Assembly (NCBI GenBank): GCA_030264375.1 | Contig: JASCQW010000156.1 | Span: forward strand, 12,262,158-12,326,157 | Direction: 5' to 3' | DNA length: 64,000 nucleotides | From: Carcharhinus longimanus | Taxonomy: Eukaryota | Part shown: positions 38,331-50,719 of the stretch, piece by piece | How positions within the stretch are numbered: position 1 is the stretch's first letter | Layout of the letters: each line of letters starts with the position of its first letter | Made by a program: the position numbers and the translations under genes | The notes under the pieces: model-generated | What the model was told of the DNA's origin: nothing | Seen by the model: the letters and a program-made list of their open reading frames with translations, nothing else | The model's database searches: none

Positions 38331-41300
38331 ACTGTAAACTGTAGCTTTTTATTTTCATGTTTGAGATTAAAGATTTAATAACTTCAGATCATGACACTTC
38401 AACAAATCTTATCTGCCTTTCAAGAATGTTTATGTCTCCACCATCAATTCCTGATTCCCACATTGTGGATTAAGGCCCTTGGAACAACCTAAATGGGATC
38501 TATTTGAACTCAGCAGTAATTTCAAATGAACCTGCTGAGTCTGGGGCTTCTCCCTGTGTGATCTGCACCCTGCCACCTTTCCCAAAAATGGGATCTGCCA
38601 GAAATGGGAGCAGGACTTCTGCATCCAATTCCCATCCATCATTTTAAAGGCCTCAAGAGATTTGCCCGACTCTGTAAAATCCAGCCCATTGTTTCAAAGA
38701 AAAGTTAACCCCTTTTTAAACCTATCTCTTTGATCAAGTTTTTGATCACCCCTCCTAATCATTCCACTCCTTTGTGGCTAACAGTGAAGAATAACTTCAC
38801 CTTGGGACTGGCTTTTTTGCTCAAGAATTTCTGCTTAACTCAATAAGAGGAGAGTTCAGAAGTAATTTATTTCATGAGCATGGTGGAAGTCTAGAACGTC
38901 TGAAGGGTGAACAAGTCCGAAATCGTCATCACGTTAAAAAAAACACTTGGATATGCACCTGAGGTGTTGTAATCTACACGACTATAGGCTAAGAGCTAAA
39001 AGGTAGGATTAGATTGGATAGTTATTTTTTGCAACACAGACACAATGGGCTGAATGGCTTTTATGTTCTAGGTGGTGAAAAATGTAAAATACATTGATCG
39101 GTGTGTGAATCTCATAGAAATTTATTTCCTCCAAACTACAAAAACACAGGGACATTGAAACCCATGAGACGACACCTCTTAAAATCTTTCAGCATTTTAT
39201 TCTGATTTGGATGAAACAGACGTAAGCAAAGAAATTATGACCTACAGGATTCTGAAGCAATAATATTTTTGAAACAATCATTTTAACAGAGAATGAAATG
39301 GTCATATCTCCACATCCCTGTGTTACCTTCTTATTAGCTCCACTCCTTGCGTCTAGTTAACAAAAAAAAAATCACATTTTGGCTGAAATGAATGTTGTCT
39401 TCCTTCCATTTACACCATCAGTTTGGATCTGAGTAAAATCTATTATGTCTTATCTGTGCAGTAATTTAGTGAGCAAGGATCAGATTTCTACTGTTTAGGC
39501 TCAGGGCTTTGTGTACCACAGCTGCAGTTGAGATAAATCCTCATCAGGAACAAAGTTTCAGTGACCTTTACAACTAGTCTTCACTTGTTCACTCCAAACT
39601 AATTTATCAGCCTTCATTTTGGCCCTGATTCCCAGAGAGGTCGTGAAAGAACATTATTAAGAGCATGAATGAAGGGAGGATTAAGAAGCTTGGCTAGTCT
39701 CTCTTACTACAGACACCTAGTTATTTAGCTTTCACAAGAATAGGAGGCAGAGAGATAATCCATACTATCCAGGAGGGCATCCGACAGGCCTTAGCAATGT
39801 CTGACTTTTTGCTCTCAGACAATTTTTTTAAGAGAAATAAACTGGAAGCTATTCTGTCTATTATTATCCTGGTCCGAAGCTGCCTTGTTTGAACTTGACG
39901 GACCACTATTAACATCTGCTCACTAATGGAGTCTTGGAAAGCAGAATGAAAGAGAGGCTGAGATGAATTTAACCCTTTCTATGGTGTCAGTGTTTGTTCC
40001 ACTGGGGTTGCCACGCAGATCACTTTTCTCCTGATTATCCCTTTGTTTTAAATCATTACCTAGTCGATTGGAATGTCCTTTTTGAAATTTCATTTCCTGC
40101 CTAGTTTTGCCTCTTTTCCCTCATGTTGTCCGGTTCCTCCCCCCCACACCCCCAACCTCCCCACTCAGTTCTCCACCAAAGAATTAACTGATTCTAGGAT
40201 ATGCTGCTGTGGGCATAGCTAGTCAAAGGTACATTGCACAAGTGGCCTTGGTCCATGATCTTATTTAACAGTGAACCATTATTGGGGAGCACCACAGCTG
40301 AACCTGATATTGTGCTTTCTTGACATCAACACAAGTTGTCAGCTGGATTGCAAACAGGAGCAGAGAACCTGAACAAGACGACAAATGTAACCCACCAAAC
40401 TACTACTGTGAGATCTTCTCCTACAGCACGGGCTGTAGCTATATTGTGTGAACATATTTTATGATTCAGTTACTCTCTTTCATCCAATAAGCTGTTGTTG
40501 AGTTTGCAGATCTAATTTGGATTGTTGGTGCACCTACAGTCCTACCAGGGAGAGAATGCCAGGATTTTGACCTAATAAAAGGAAAAAAAGTAATATATTT
40601 TCAAGTCAGGGTGTTGTGGGACTTGGGGAGGAACCAGCAGGTGGTGTTACCTTACACCTACTGTCCCTGTTCTTCGAGGTGGTTAAGGTTGCAGATGTGA
40701 AAGTTGCTGTTGAAGGAACCTTAGTAAATTGCTGCAGTGTGTCTTAACGATGGAAAAATAGAAAAGTTACAGCACAGATAAAGGCCATTCAGCCCATCAT
40801 GTCTGCACCAGCCAAAATAGAGAAATAAAGAAAGAAACTAGCCATTCACTTCAATCACATTTTCCAGCACTTCATCTGTCGCCTTGTAGATTATAGCACT
40901 TAAGGTGCAGATCCAGGTACCTTTTAAATGCCTATCCAATCTTTCCTCGTAACTACAATTTTTAAGCCCTGACAATATTCTTGCAAATATCCTCTGTAGT
41001 TTCTCCAGAGCAATTTTGTCCTTCCTGTGATGTGGTGACCAGACTGCACACAGAATTCCCCCTGTGGCCCAACAATTTTTATATTTCCAGCGTTACATCC
41101 CTGTTTTTATATTTAATACCTTGCCCAGTAAAGGAAAACATTCCATTTGCTTTTTGACCACCTTATCCATCTGCCCTGCCACCATCAGGGACCTGTGGAC
41201 CTGCATTCCAAGGTCTCTCACTTTCTCAAATCCTCTCAATATCCTCCTGTCTACTGTGTATTCCCAACTTTGTTTGCTCTTATCATTTGCTTTACCTCAC

Positions 41301-42164
41301 ACTTCTCCAGATTAAATTATATTTGCCATTTTTCTGCCCAGTCACCAAACCACTGGCGTCATTCTGGAGACAGTTCTCTGCTCTATCACCTATGTGGCCA
41401 ATTTGTGTATCATCCCAACCACATTTAAGTCCAGATCACTTATATACAGGCAGCAAGTGCCCCAACACTGAGAAACTGGAAACTGCTTTCCATTCGCAAA
41501 ACCACCCATCAACCATTATCCTTTGTTTCATGTCGCTGAGTCAATTTTGGATCCAACTTGCCACTTTTCACTGTATCCCATGGGCTTTCACTTCCCCGAT
41601 CAATCTGCCATGCCTTTCTAAAACAATGCAGACCACTTCCACTGTAGTATCCTTATCAATCATTGTTAATTCCTGAAAAAAATGATTAAGTTAGACATGA
41701 CCATCCTCAAACTGACAATCCCTGATCAATCCATGCCTTTCTTAGTGACAGCTTATCCTGATACTGAGAATTAATTCCAATAATTTATCTACCACTGAAG
41801 TCAGATTGACTGACCTATAATTTTCTGGTCTATTCCTCACACCCTTTTTAAATAGGGCTACAATGTTCACAGACCTCCAGTCCTCTGGTACTTCATCTAT
41901 ATCTAGTGAGGGATGGAAAACAATCCTCAGAGCATCCATTATTCCCTCCCTGGCTTCCATTAACAGCGTGGGATGCAATCCACCTGGCCCGGGTGATTTA
42001 TCTGACTTTAAGAATGTCAGTCTCTCCTGTATTTCCCCTCTTATGATACTTACTGTATCCAATACTTTATACTCCTGCTTTAATTAGAAGGTCTGTTTGG
42101 CGAAGACAGAGACCAAATACTCATTGAGAACCCTGCTCACATCTTCTGCATTGAAGCATAGTTG

Positions 42165-42490
42165 CCATTTATTCACCAAAGACCTTCCAAACCTATGGCT
42201 ACATCCACCTGGAAGGACAAGAGCACAAAATACATGGGAATACCACCACCTGCAAGTTTCCCTCTAAGCCACTCACCATCCTGACTTGGAAATATATCCC
42301 TGTTCCTTCACATTCGCTGGGTTAAAATCCTGGAATTCCTTCCCTGAAGGCATTGTAGATCAACTCACAGCACATGGATTGCAGAGTTTCAAGAAGGCAG
42401 CTCATTATCACTTTCTCAAGGGCAACTAGGGATAGGCAATAAATGCTGGCCATCCAGCGACACCCATGTCCGGTGAATGAAATTTTTTTT
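42165..42490 (+). mobile_element. 3' end of another non-LTR retrotransposon (family uncertain)
   Basis: caagaaggcagctcattatcactttctcaagggcaactagggataggcaataaatgctggcc tail; reverse fragments at ~11935, 14985 and 40480-40745. Confidence 0.65.
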
Positions 42491-42704
42491 TAAATGCACA
42501 TCTCTGATGGGCCCTCTCCATTTTTGTTCTTAATATACTGGTCAAATATCTTCAGGTTTTCTTTGATTTTACCTGCCAATATTTTTTACATTTCCTCTCT
42601 TTGCGTTCCTAATTTCTTTCTTTACTTCACCTCTGTATTTTCTATATTCCATCAGACTTTCTACAGAATTATGCTCTTAGTGCCTGTCATAAGCTTTCTT
42701 ATGA

Positions 42705-42909
42705 CAGACACTAAGGGCAAGTTAGTATGGCCAATCGACCTAACCCGCACATCTTTGGACTGTGGGAGGAAACTTGAGCACCCAGAGGAAACCCACGCAG
42801 ACACAGGGAGAATGTGCTAACTCCACCCATACAGTGACCCAAGTCAGGAATCAAACTCAGGTCCCTGGAACTGTGAGGCAGCAGTGCTAACTACTGTGCC
42901 ACCATGCCG
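42705..42909 (-). mobile_element. HE1-like SINE, 5' half
   Basis: ggaaacccacgcagacacagggagaatgtgc..gcagtgctaactactgtgccaccatgccgc. Confidence 0.85.
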
Positions 42910-43300
42910 CATGCCATATGTTTCTGGATAACCAGAGAGCTCTAGATTTGGCAGTACCCACTTTTCCCTTTGTGGGGACATTGCCTGTGGAATCTCGCTT
43001 TTGAATGCCTCTCAATGATCTGACACTGTTTTTCCTTCTCATAGCTATATGCAGTCAACTTAGGTTTATCCATCAGCTTTGTAACATTTGTCTTTCCCCA
43101 ATTTAGAACTTTTACCCCTGTTCTATCTTTGTTCTTTTCTATAATGATGCTAATTATTGTTATTATCCTCATAATGGTCCCCCACTGCGGCTTCATCCAC
43201 TTGTCCAGCTTCATTTCCTCAGACTAAGTTGCATCCCCTCTGGTTGGGCTTGTTATGTGCTGACTAGAAAGGTTCTCTTGAATTCAGTTCAAGAATATTG

Positions 43301-44588
43301 TTGATCACCCAAATAAGGAACATAATGAACAATAACAGGTACCCCAAGTGTTCTAAGGATGTGAAGCCCAAATACAACAAGTTATGAGGAGTAAGCAATT
43401 TTTATCTGGGGCANNNNNNNNNNNNNNNNNNNNNNNNNNNNNNNNNNNNNNNNNNNNNNNNNNNNNNNNNNNNNNNNNNNNNNNNNNNNNNNNNNNNNNN
43501 NNNNNNNNNNNNNAACCAGTTCCCTTTGCAGGTTCACTTCATCATCAATCAAATGATCCCTGATAGCTGGAGGGTGGAGGATAATGGCGAAAGTATTCCA
43601 ATTTGACCTACTGTATTGGAAAGTTTCAGTGTATCGAATTATCAATGGCCACCATCCTCACCCCTCTCCCCACCCCAGAGAAGCTAAGTTGGTCAATGTT
43701 CTGTGTAAAATAGAATGGAACCAGCCACCAATCACAGTCTGTGCCAATTAGATTGATCAAAACTACAACCAGTTAATCTAGAACAGTCTTTCATACTGTT
43801 TGCATTCCAATTGATATTCGGGTAGTTGAAGCCCCCAACAAATACTGCCTTCTTTTTTTGCATATAGAAATTTGCTCTTCTGACTCCTCGCTATTTGGGA
43901 GTCTGTAGTTCACTCTTCGTATGTGGCTGTCCCTTTTTAATTTCTGAGTTCAACCCATACAGCCACATTTGATGCTTCCTTCAGTATATCATCCCTCCTC
44001 AGCCGTAATGATTGATATTTTTTTGAAGGGAGGTTTGAAGTGGCATTTCCCAGGGGTCAGGATTGGGATCCTTGCTTTCTGAAGTTATGTTGGCAAACTA
44101 AGATTAAGCACTACACTGTGTCTATCTGTTAGACCTGTGCTATATGGTTCTAGATTAAGTGGTTGTAGTTTAGATCAATCTAATTGGCACAGACTGTGAT
44201 TGGTGGCTGGTTCCATTCCATTTTACACAGAACGTTGACCAACTTAGCTTCTCAGGGGTGGGGAGAGGGGTGAGGATGGTGGCCATTGATAATTCAATAC
44301 ACTGAAGCTTTCCAATACAGCAGGTCAAATTGAGATACTTTCGCCATTATCCTCCACCCGCCAGCTATCAGGGATCATTTGATTGATGATGAAGTGAACC
44401 TGCAAAGGGAACTGGTTAAAAGTGCAGCTACTGAATGAAGATTTCACTTCACAGAAATATGCTATTATGGCATGTTGCCCCAGATAAAAATTGCTTACTC
44501 CTCATAACTTGTTGTATTTGGGCTTCACATCCTTAGAACACTTGGGGTACCTATTATTGTTCACTCTGTTCCTTATTTGGGTGATCAA
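43301..44588. repeat. Long inverted repeat: arms 43301-43784 and 44147-44588
   Basis: Arms are reverse complements end to end (ttgatcacccaaataaggaac..ttaatctagaac vs gttctagattaa..gttccttatttgggtgatcaa) with scattered substitutions; spacer ~360 bp. Confidence 0.95.
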
Positions 44589-45199
44589 GCTTTGACTCCT
44601 TGCATAACCCAGTGTCCAAATATCTCTGTCTCAGTAGCGATCTTCTGATGGTGATTTGTACCATGATGGTCAACTCTGTATTAAATATTACCTGATGTGG
44701 TTCAGCAGTTCCACCCTGGCATGGCAATCTGTGTCACATTTGCTGCAGAAGAAGACAGTGGGATGAGGTGCACAATTCTCCGGTGTCTTCTTTCTCTGCA
44801 CCCTCTTTTCAGCCAGCTGAATTTTCTGTTTCTTTCCAATGCCCTTCCAGTCAGCTTCCAGAGATCACAAACATAAGCGACTGACTCCCTGCTGTCTGTT
44901 ACAATATCTTCATATCTGGCTTGTAGATGTCCTTGTAACAGAGGTATGGACACCCAGGTATGGTCACACCTTGTGATCCATCAATCAGTTTACCGTACTC
45001 AAGGTCTTTGGACTTATTGCCATCATCCATCCAATGAACATGGCCAAACCAAATATCAGGTTACTTCCAACTCACTCCATTTTAGTTGATAATGATTATT
45101 TAACAGAAGCTATTGCTTGCCATCTGATATAGTCCCCATCAACATATTACAACTGCACAATGCAAAGTTAAAACATCTCTATGCTTCGGACTAGATTAA

Positions 45200-45620
45200 C
45201 ACCCAAGTGAAGCACTGAAGTAGGACAGCACTGTTGAAGGTGTTGCATTTTGGATCAAGTTTTAAACTGTGGTTCTACCTGCCTCTCTCTAATTTGAATA
45301 AAAGATCTCATGGCATTACTTCAAGGGAGAGCAATGGAGATATTCCCATATTCCCAGGTGCTCTAGCCAATACTTATGGCTCAATTAACATAATGGAATC
45401 AAATGATTTGAACATTAAGATAAAAGCAATTCTGACAAAGTATCATCCAAGCTCAAAACATTAGCTCTAACTCTGCAGATGCTATCAGGCCTGCTGAGAT
45501 TTTCCAGCAATTTTGTTTTTGATCTAAGCATATTCTTATTGTTGTTCATGGGTCTGTCCTGTGTGCAAATTGGCTGTCAAGTTTCTTTTAAAAGTGACTA
45601 TACTCTAAATGTGCTTCCCA
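45200..45620 (+). mobile_element. DeuSINE-like remnant containing a Penelope-like insert (~45430-45522)
   Basis: aaaagatctcatggcattacttcaaggga..ctgtgtgcaaattggctg; insert ctctgcagatgctatcaggcctgctgagattttccagcaattttgtttttg. Confidence 0.55.
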
Positions 45621-46369
45621 GAGACATTTCTCTTAGCTAATCAAAAATCAGCATTGAAATTATCATACAAATCAAATTTGGTCCATAACTACCTCATCTA
45701 TTATCTGACCAAAGAAACAATCACTAACCAGATTGCTTCTAGACTGCTCTCAGCTGAAAGTGCACAAAACCTGTTTCTCTGCCTTGCACTTTTGCCTCTT
45801 CTCAGAGCACACACATCAATTTGACTCATGAGCCAATTTGCATTCCTGAATGTGGGACTATTAAAAAGCTTCCAGGAACCTGAAAAGTCTGTGGTTCAAT
45901 AATATTCCAATTAAATGATTGCTGCTCTTTGTTTTTCTCACTCTGGTTTCACAGCTCCGTGGATATAACTGTCCTCTGGTATCTTACTCATACGTCCATT
46001 CTTCATGCATGAACACAATCATCTATTCCACTGTGAATGGCATTGCGACTGAGCTTGATTCTATCCTCATCTGACATCCACACATGTGCATTTAATAGCA
46101 GTCAAGAGAAGGAACCCTGGCCATTATTCCCTTGCCAGCCCAAGTGGACTTGAATCAATTGTGATAACCCAGAATAAGCTAACCCAACACGTTCCAGGGA
46201 TGTGCTGCATTGGATCACTCTAGGATTGTGAGTCAGAGGACATGAATTGCCTCTGCATCAGTAGACCATGAATTAGTTCCCATTCTTGACCACTATCAAG
46301 TGATTCCTGCCACAACCCACTTGCATCTCTGGGCATAGTGTATACAGGATCTGGCTGCAAGTGAATTTA

Positions 46370-46535
46370 AAAGCAAAATATTGTGAATGCTAGAATCTGA
46401 AATAAAAACAGAAAATGCAAGAAAATTTCAGCAGATCTGATAGCATCTGTGGGGAGAGAGTAGAGCCAATGTTTTGAGTCTAGAGGACCTTTTGGTTCTA
46501 TTCTGCTGAGAGTTTCCAGCATTTTCTGTTATTTA
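46370..46535 (+). mobile_element. Penelope-like short element with inverted terminal copy
   Basis: aacagaaaatgcaagaaaatttcagcag (~46407-46434) versus ctgctgagagtttccagcattttctgtt (46503-46530). Confidence 0.6.
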
Positions 46536-47604
46536 GCTTGCTGACCTTATCGGTCAGATATGAAGATTAACCACTTTTGCTCAGTCCCAGGAACTAGCTA
46601 TCATCCTGTGGAACTAAACACAGCTTGATTTACATATCCTGAGGAGACGAGAAAAGAAAGGCATTTAAAAAAAAAATTAGGGGAGGTTGACAAAATGGAT
46701 GGAGAGTGACGGCCACCCCAGGCCAGCAGCAAGTTCATTAGTTGAAGTGGAGAGGAGAGGGCACTCAGCTCTGTGAATGTTCTTGGGACAATGAAGTAAA
46801 GAAATAGGAGCTGGAAGCACCAACTAAATTGTTGGTGAATTAGCTGAAGTCAGAAGCTCCTGAATAGTCTGAAGTAGGGACGGGAAATGCTAGACATGTG
46901 CACAATTCAGACTGAATTAGGTAATCTATTCAGAGCAAATGAAAAGACTGTGAGCCTTCTTTCTTTAGGTAAATTGGGAGGAAATTCCTTTTTTTTGTCA
47001 GCAATTCTGAAGGGCTTGAGCTTTTCAGTTAGTTACCTGAGGCCCACAGGGCAGTGAAAGACAATGAAAGGGAAATGCTCAATAAAACTACTAGCACTGT
47101 ACAGATAAATTGGTAATAAATGAAGATTTCAGTCTGAGCTTCAAGGCTTACAGTGTCTGTGAGACCAGCAGCATTAGGGGAAGGGGTGGGAGGGGACATG
47201 AAGTGGTATTGTACCCTCCTGACCCAAATTTAACAGATTTAGTCAATACGAAATCTTTGTTTAAAGACAGTCTAAATGGCCAGCTTTCCTGCATGACAAT
47301 ATGTATAATAAAAACAGGCTTAACAAAACAGTAATAATTGAACAAAAAAACTTTTATGCTCATCTTCTCCCTTTCTGGAAGGTGGCAATTCATGAAAGGA
47401 AGGAAAAGGAACAACTTGGATTTTCACAATTTCAGGACATCCTAAAAGGAAATATATACCCAATGAAGTACTTAAGAAGTATAGTCATTTTTGTAATATA
47501 GGAAATGCTGTGTCAATTGCAGGCACCAAATTCCCACAAACAGCAAAGTGATAGATAGGTTCATGCTTTCCTTGGAGGATCGCCAACTCTCCAGGATTGT
47601 CCAA

Positions 47605-48217
47605 GGGTGGAATTTAATTCACGTGAATGGAAGGCCGCCCTTCAACTGGAGAGCCAGTGACAGCCAGGTCTCACCTCCACTTCGGCATGCAGGTGGCCAA
47701 CAGCAGACCTTCCCCAGGATCAAGGACCCTGGGAACAAAAGTCCCCAGCTTCTCATTGCCATCAGTACCACCGAGAGAGTGGTGGTAGTTGCCAGCAATG
47801 CACCCACCAAAGGCCAAGGATCAGTGAGTGATCAGGCTATAGCTGAATGAGGGCAGAATGAGAGTGGTGGGGAGTATCAGAGAGTCAGAGCAAAGGGTGA
47901 CTCATATGGGCCCCACTCACTGGTACCAGATCACTCAATCAGACACTGAGTGCCCGATAATGAGGGAAACTTCCCGGGAGCTCCCACGTGCTGACTGTCC
48001 GGTCCGCCACAGATGCTCAATCAGCAGAGGTTGAATGAGGCCCTTAAGTAGTCATTAGTTGCCACTTAAAATCATCAGTTTGTGATGGGACATATGTCTA
48101 TGCAGTAGTTGGGACAGAGGCTGGAAGGTGGCAAAGACCCCACTCAATAATCTTCTACCCAATTAAATGGCACTTTGTCTCCAAACTTGCCTGGTGGAAG
48201 AGCATTAAATTCTGCCC
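47605..48217. mobile_element. Non-autonomous Harbinger-like element with 14-bp TIRs
   Basis: gggtggaatttaat ... attaaattctgccc (12 of 14 complementary). Confidence 0.7.
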
Positions 48218-48580
48218 TATTTTCACCAAAACATGACGGTTAATATTCTGGACACAGCTGTTAGCAGCCTAGGAGAAAAATCACAGAAATATTAAAAATT
48301 ATGTTTTTTTCACTTTTAATGGGTGGCATCTTACCAAAGAAATGGCAAAGTGTCAGGACCTGACTGAAAACCAGCAAGAAACAGGCAGATTTTATCTCCA
48401 GATCTTACAATACTTTGTCAAAAAAAATCAGGGGGGCATGGTTCACGTGGTCATGTTGAGGTGTGGAGCCTAAACACACTGGCAAAGCCTGGATGCGCTG
48501 AGATCTGAATGCCATTTTTAAAGGGCACCTCAATCAAAGGAAGAAATAACTTTTCCACCATCCCACCACAAGGGATGGCA

Positions 48581-48695
48581 AGGGATACAATGGTTGGCAC
48601 AGCTGCCTCACAGCCAGGTTTGATTCCTGGCTTGGATCACTGTCTGTGCGTAGTTTGCATGTTCTCCCCATATCTGCATGTGTTTCCTCTGGGTG
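48581..48695 (+). mobile_element. HE1-like SINE 5' fragment
   Basis: gctgcctcacagccaggtttgattcctggcttggatcactgtctgtgcg. Confidence 0.7.
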
Positions 48696-48699
48696 CACC

Positions 48700-50660
48700 A
48701 ATGGGGATTTATCAATCTTCAGCCCTGTTAATTTCTCCAATTAAACCTTCATTAGATTAGCGAGGCACCTGTGTCGGCACAGTCTTGGTAGGCCGACACA
48801 GTTCCTGTGCTGTTTTGTTCTTTGTTCATACTATTACAAATTTCCTTCAATTCCTTATTCTCCCTTGTCCCTTGGATCTCTAATTCTGGGAGATTTTTTG
48901 CATCTCTCTCAGTGAAGATAGACACAAAGTAATCATTAAGTTTCTTTAGCTTCTCTGCTATTTTGCTATTCCCTGTTATAACTTTTCCTGTCTTTATCTG
49001 TAATGGACCCACACTTGTCTTAGCCAAAGATTTATTTTTTAAGTACCTGCAGAAACAGTTACCATCTGTTCTTACATTTTTCCTAGTTTACATTCTTATC
49101 CGAAGCTTCCTTTCTTTATCAGTTTCCTGGTCCTCCTTAATGTATTCAAAAATCTTCCTGATCCTCAGGTTTATTACAGTTTCTGGTGGTTTTATAGGCC
49201 TTTATTTTTAATCTTTAATCCTTAATTTCCTTTTTAGCCACAGTTTCTTTGGGTGTTTATACCTTGAATGTATGTGTAAATACTGCAAATTATGTCATAA
49301 TGATTATCCATTGGAAAAGACTATTATATATTTTGTTGCATTTTCCCAATCCACCTCAACCAACTTACTCCTCATACCTTCACTTAATATCCTGGCTTCA
49401 GATTGAACTACCTCCCTTGCCGCATAATGTAAAACTTTATCATATTATGGTCACTCATCCCTCAGGCTCTTTTACAAGATTATTAATTAGTCTTTTTTCA
49501 TTACATAATACCAGATCTAAACTTGTTTGTTCTCCAGTCAATTCCTCAACATTCTACTCAAGAAAATGATCCCTAACACACTCCAGAACACTGCAGAAAC
49601 TTGCCTTTCATTACATTAGCACTTATCAGATTTCCTCAGTCTTTATGCAGATTGAAGTCACCCATGATCATTGTATTACCCATACTACATACTTCTCTAA
49701 TCTCCTGACTCATACCATGACCCACACTACCACTATTGTTTAATGGCTTATAAACAACTCCCACCAGTGTATGCTGCCCCCTTGCTGGTTCTTAGCTTCA
49801 CCCAAACAAGTCCTCCATTTTGTTCTTCCAAACTGAGATCTTCCCTTATTAATGTACAGATCCAATCCCTTATTATCAGCGCAACCCCACTCCCTGCCTG
49901 TCCTTAATAAAAATTAAGTGAAGTAATCAACAGTGGATTTCTCCTCTGATTACATCTGCTGGATGCATGAATGTCAAAGGAGGCCTTAGCTCCGATGTCC
50001 TCCAAGACAAATACTGAGTACCCAATATTCCAGTGTTGCAATTGTTAGAGGTTTCATTTTATGATGTGAAATGATACATTTTGGTGGGAAAAATAAGGAG
50101 AGGCATTATGAACTAAATAGTACCATTTAAAAGAGTGTGTGTGAATTGAGAGACTGGGGAATACATGTACACAACTATTTGAAGGTGGCAGGAGAAGTTT
50201 AGAAGGCTATCAATAATATTAATAGGAGATTATTGAATAGTGAGTTCCTAGTCTTGGTCACCCTGCAGCCATATTTATGGTAATTAGATCATACACATTT
50301 ATCTCTATTTATGCCTTTTAAATCTTGTTGTGATTTCTGCATGCATTCAGTAGAGTGCCTTTAACTTAGTCTTTCTGATATTATTCCACGTTCTAGATTC
50401 AGTTGATGCTTGCCTTCATTTTGCTTGTTGTATAATTTCACTTTTCTACTTCCCATTACCAGCTTTACTTTCTTTCAATTTGAACTACCCCTCGGAGTCC
50501 AACCTTCCTGCCCAACAGCACTAGCAAAGCTCCCTGTGAGGATATTCGTCCTGGTCCTGTTCAGGAATAACCTGTCTAGCTTGTACAAATCCCACCTGTC
50601 CTAATGCCACAAAATCTGATTGCCCCCCCCCATACCAATCTTCCTATTCTCATTCTCATC
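48700..50660 (-). mobile_element. CR1 LINE ORF2 5' part (endonuclease/linker), decayed
   Basis: LKIDKSP; VGPL...G.VI..AEKL..YFVSIFT; MIMGDFNLH; WLQGDQD*EL; DRQGVGLR. Confidence 0.85.
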
Positions 50661-50719
50661 CTGTCGAGATGTGCAATGATTGATAGTAGTTGAAAATACA
50701 CACCCTTAAAGGTACATGG

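Larger units (their letters stand above)
40755..44000 (-). mobile_element. Long decayed CR1 LINE (endonuclease and RT) with nested inserts
   Basis: KSPGPGGLHP..VPEDWRSVNIVALFKKG..PENYRSVNLTSVV; VLNWGK; FLN*IQENL; VGGFNYPNINW. Confidence 0.9.
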
